34,443 bases of DNA from Octopus sinensis (Eukaryota): the NCBI RefSeq assembly GCF_006345805.1, contig NW_021831717.1, positions 1 through 34,443 of the forward strand. Reading direction: 5' to 3'. Of the stretch, positions 33,079-34,443 are shown in pieces (positions within the stretch are counted from its first letter, which is position 1; each line of letters opens with the position of its first letter). Position numbers and translations under genes: made by a program. A model generated the notes under the pieces. The model ran no database searches. It was not told the origin of the DNA and worked only from the letters and a program-made list of their open reading frames with translations.

Positions 33079-33648
33079 TGGAGGAATGCTCAAGAGGAAT
33101 TTTTCATATAAATTTACGGAAAATCATGCGTACAAAACAAAACTCACCAACAAGAAACTAATATGCCTTTACCCAAAGATGAAAATGAAATATAATTGTC
33201 AGATTGAACTCCTCAGTCCAAGCAAATAAAACAGAAAATACATAAATGAACACAAGAGAAACTTCGTTTATTTGCAAGTATATTTCATATGAAAATACGT
33301 ATATTAGTATAAAAAATTTGGAGAGAAAAGAACAAGGTCTTGTGTAACTTAATAAGTGACATTCTGAAAGCGGAAAATATCAGAAATGGAGAAGAATATT
33401 TAAAGAAAAGAATCCATCACGAAACGCAATTAATAATCGCAAACACCTAACAATAATAAAAGCAATGAAATGTAGACATTGAAGTTAGAAATAACGATTT
33501 GCTTGCCTTACTTTGAAATTGAAACTCGTTTCTTCCAACGTTGGAAAAGTTTAGAAAGAAAATTGGATCTCCCAAACTGAGTGAGGATGTCATGAAAAAT
33601 AACCAATGATAGTGTCCGAAGGCTGGCTCTTCAAAGAGCCAATGGAGT
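33079..33648 (-). CDS. Two tentative exons (33512-33648, ~33079-33179) of a C-type-lectin-like domain end
   Basis: cacag|..LHWLFEEP.. (W-x3-EP) with donor gtaagg. Then ..FCTHDF/RKFI[C]EKFLLSIPP with donor gtaaga. Indel corrections are needed. Confidence 0.35.
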
Positions 33649-34199
33649 CTGTGATTGCAAATGAATGAATCATTACATAAGCTAACTCAGCTTCAAGAAA
33701 AAGAAAGGTCTGAGATCAGAACAGACATGAACAGGCACAGATTGCAGCCATGCTCTTATTCACGCTCTATTCTCCTATATCTCGTAGATCAGTTAATGTG
33801 AAGCATTGATCTGTGACATTACCGGTGTCTTTTATTGTTTCTCTTGTGTTTTTTTCTTTTCACCAATGTACACTGTGTATTCAGAGATATGCCTGGCAAT
33901 TTTAATTTGTGTTTTTTAGCTGCGTTCAATCGTATAGCTTTCACCCATTCCTGTTGAAATAATATGACCCCCATCCGTTATTTTCTGTGAAGCTTATTGT
34001 ACTTCTTGATGTGAGGGCAGATTTAATCTTTTTCGAACATTTCATAATCTTGTCTATCAAACACCACTTTTGCTATGGCCAACAGACGAAGGAGACGGTC
34101 ATTTACTTCTTATTTTCCTTAATCCGCTCCCTTTAATCTCTGCAAATGGTAGGGGGCCACATCCAACATGCAGTTATCCCCTCTAAGGTAGTGGCCCGA

Positions 34200-34310
34200 G
34201 GTCATTCGACAAGGAATCTTGATCCAAGTTGACTTCTGGCCACATACATTCAAACATCCTACTCTAAGGATAGCCATGTTTTTGTCGGAGAAAGCTCAAC
34301 TTTAAGTTCG
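34200..34310 (-). mobile_element. Possible remnant of a LINE ORF2 start (APE endonuclease N-terminus)
   Basis: ATG at 34277 gives MAILRVGCLNVCG, resembling the xLNVxG APE motif; homology is lost within ~25 codons. Confidence 0.3.
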
Positions 34311-34329
34311 TTTGTTCGGTTTCTTGAAT

Positions 34330-34412
34330 AGGGATTCCTGGACAGGGTAGAACGTTGCGTCCTTGAACAAGGCACTTTATTTCACTTTGTCCCCAGTCAA
34401 TCAAGTGAAATG
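34330..34412 (+). mobile_element. Decayed CORE-like SINE fragment
   Basis: GTTGCGTCCTTGAACAAGGCACTTTATTTCAC is related to 21930-22146. Confidence 0.5.
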
Positions 34413-34443
34413 TTCCCAACCTAGTGATGTTCATCTATTTCTC

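Larger units (their letters stand above)
7828..33648 (-). other. Adhesion GPCR (ADGRG-like, cephalopod-type) gene span, partial; gene continues off the left edge
   Basis: At least 11 (up to 13) exons, mostly GT-AG bounded, encoding ectodomain modules, GAIN, GPS and TM1. Phases are consistent in the left part and need single-base corrections in the right part. Confidence 0.88.

Overview
AT-rich, microsatellite- and transposon-dense animal genomic DNA. The repeat families and gene type point to a cephalopod, probably Octopus (inferred, not proven). A spliced adhesion-GPCR gene runs on the minus strand across most of the window. From right to left its exons encode a possible C-type-lectin end, a Ly6/uPAR-like three-finger module, a SEA-like segment, GAIN, a GPS with a non-canonical RL|K site, and TM1. 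TM2-7 were not found and probably lie beyond the left edge. Most exons right of ~19 kb carry single-base indels (pseudogene or assembly error). The introns hold a nearly intact R4/Dong-type RLE non-LTR retrotransposon ending in (TAA)n, a 3' fragment of a second R4/Dong-like family, a full-length dead mariner, a maT-like remnant, a Helitron-type element, a CR1-like LINE 3' end and many tRNA-derived SINEs. The most unusual signal is six type-I hammerhead-ribozyme motifs from about five unrelated short repeat families beside (TA)n tracts (Penelope-like/retrozyme type). One is fused to a 157-bp inverted copy of the neighbouring mariner, and another sits in the loop of a ~380-bp palindrome.
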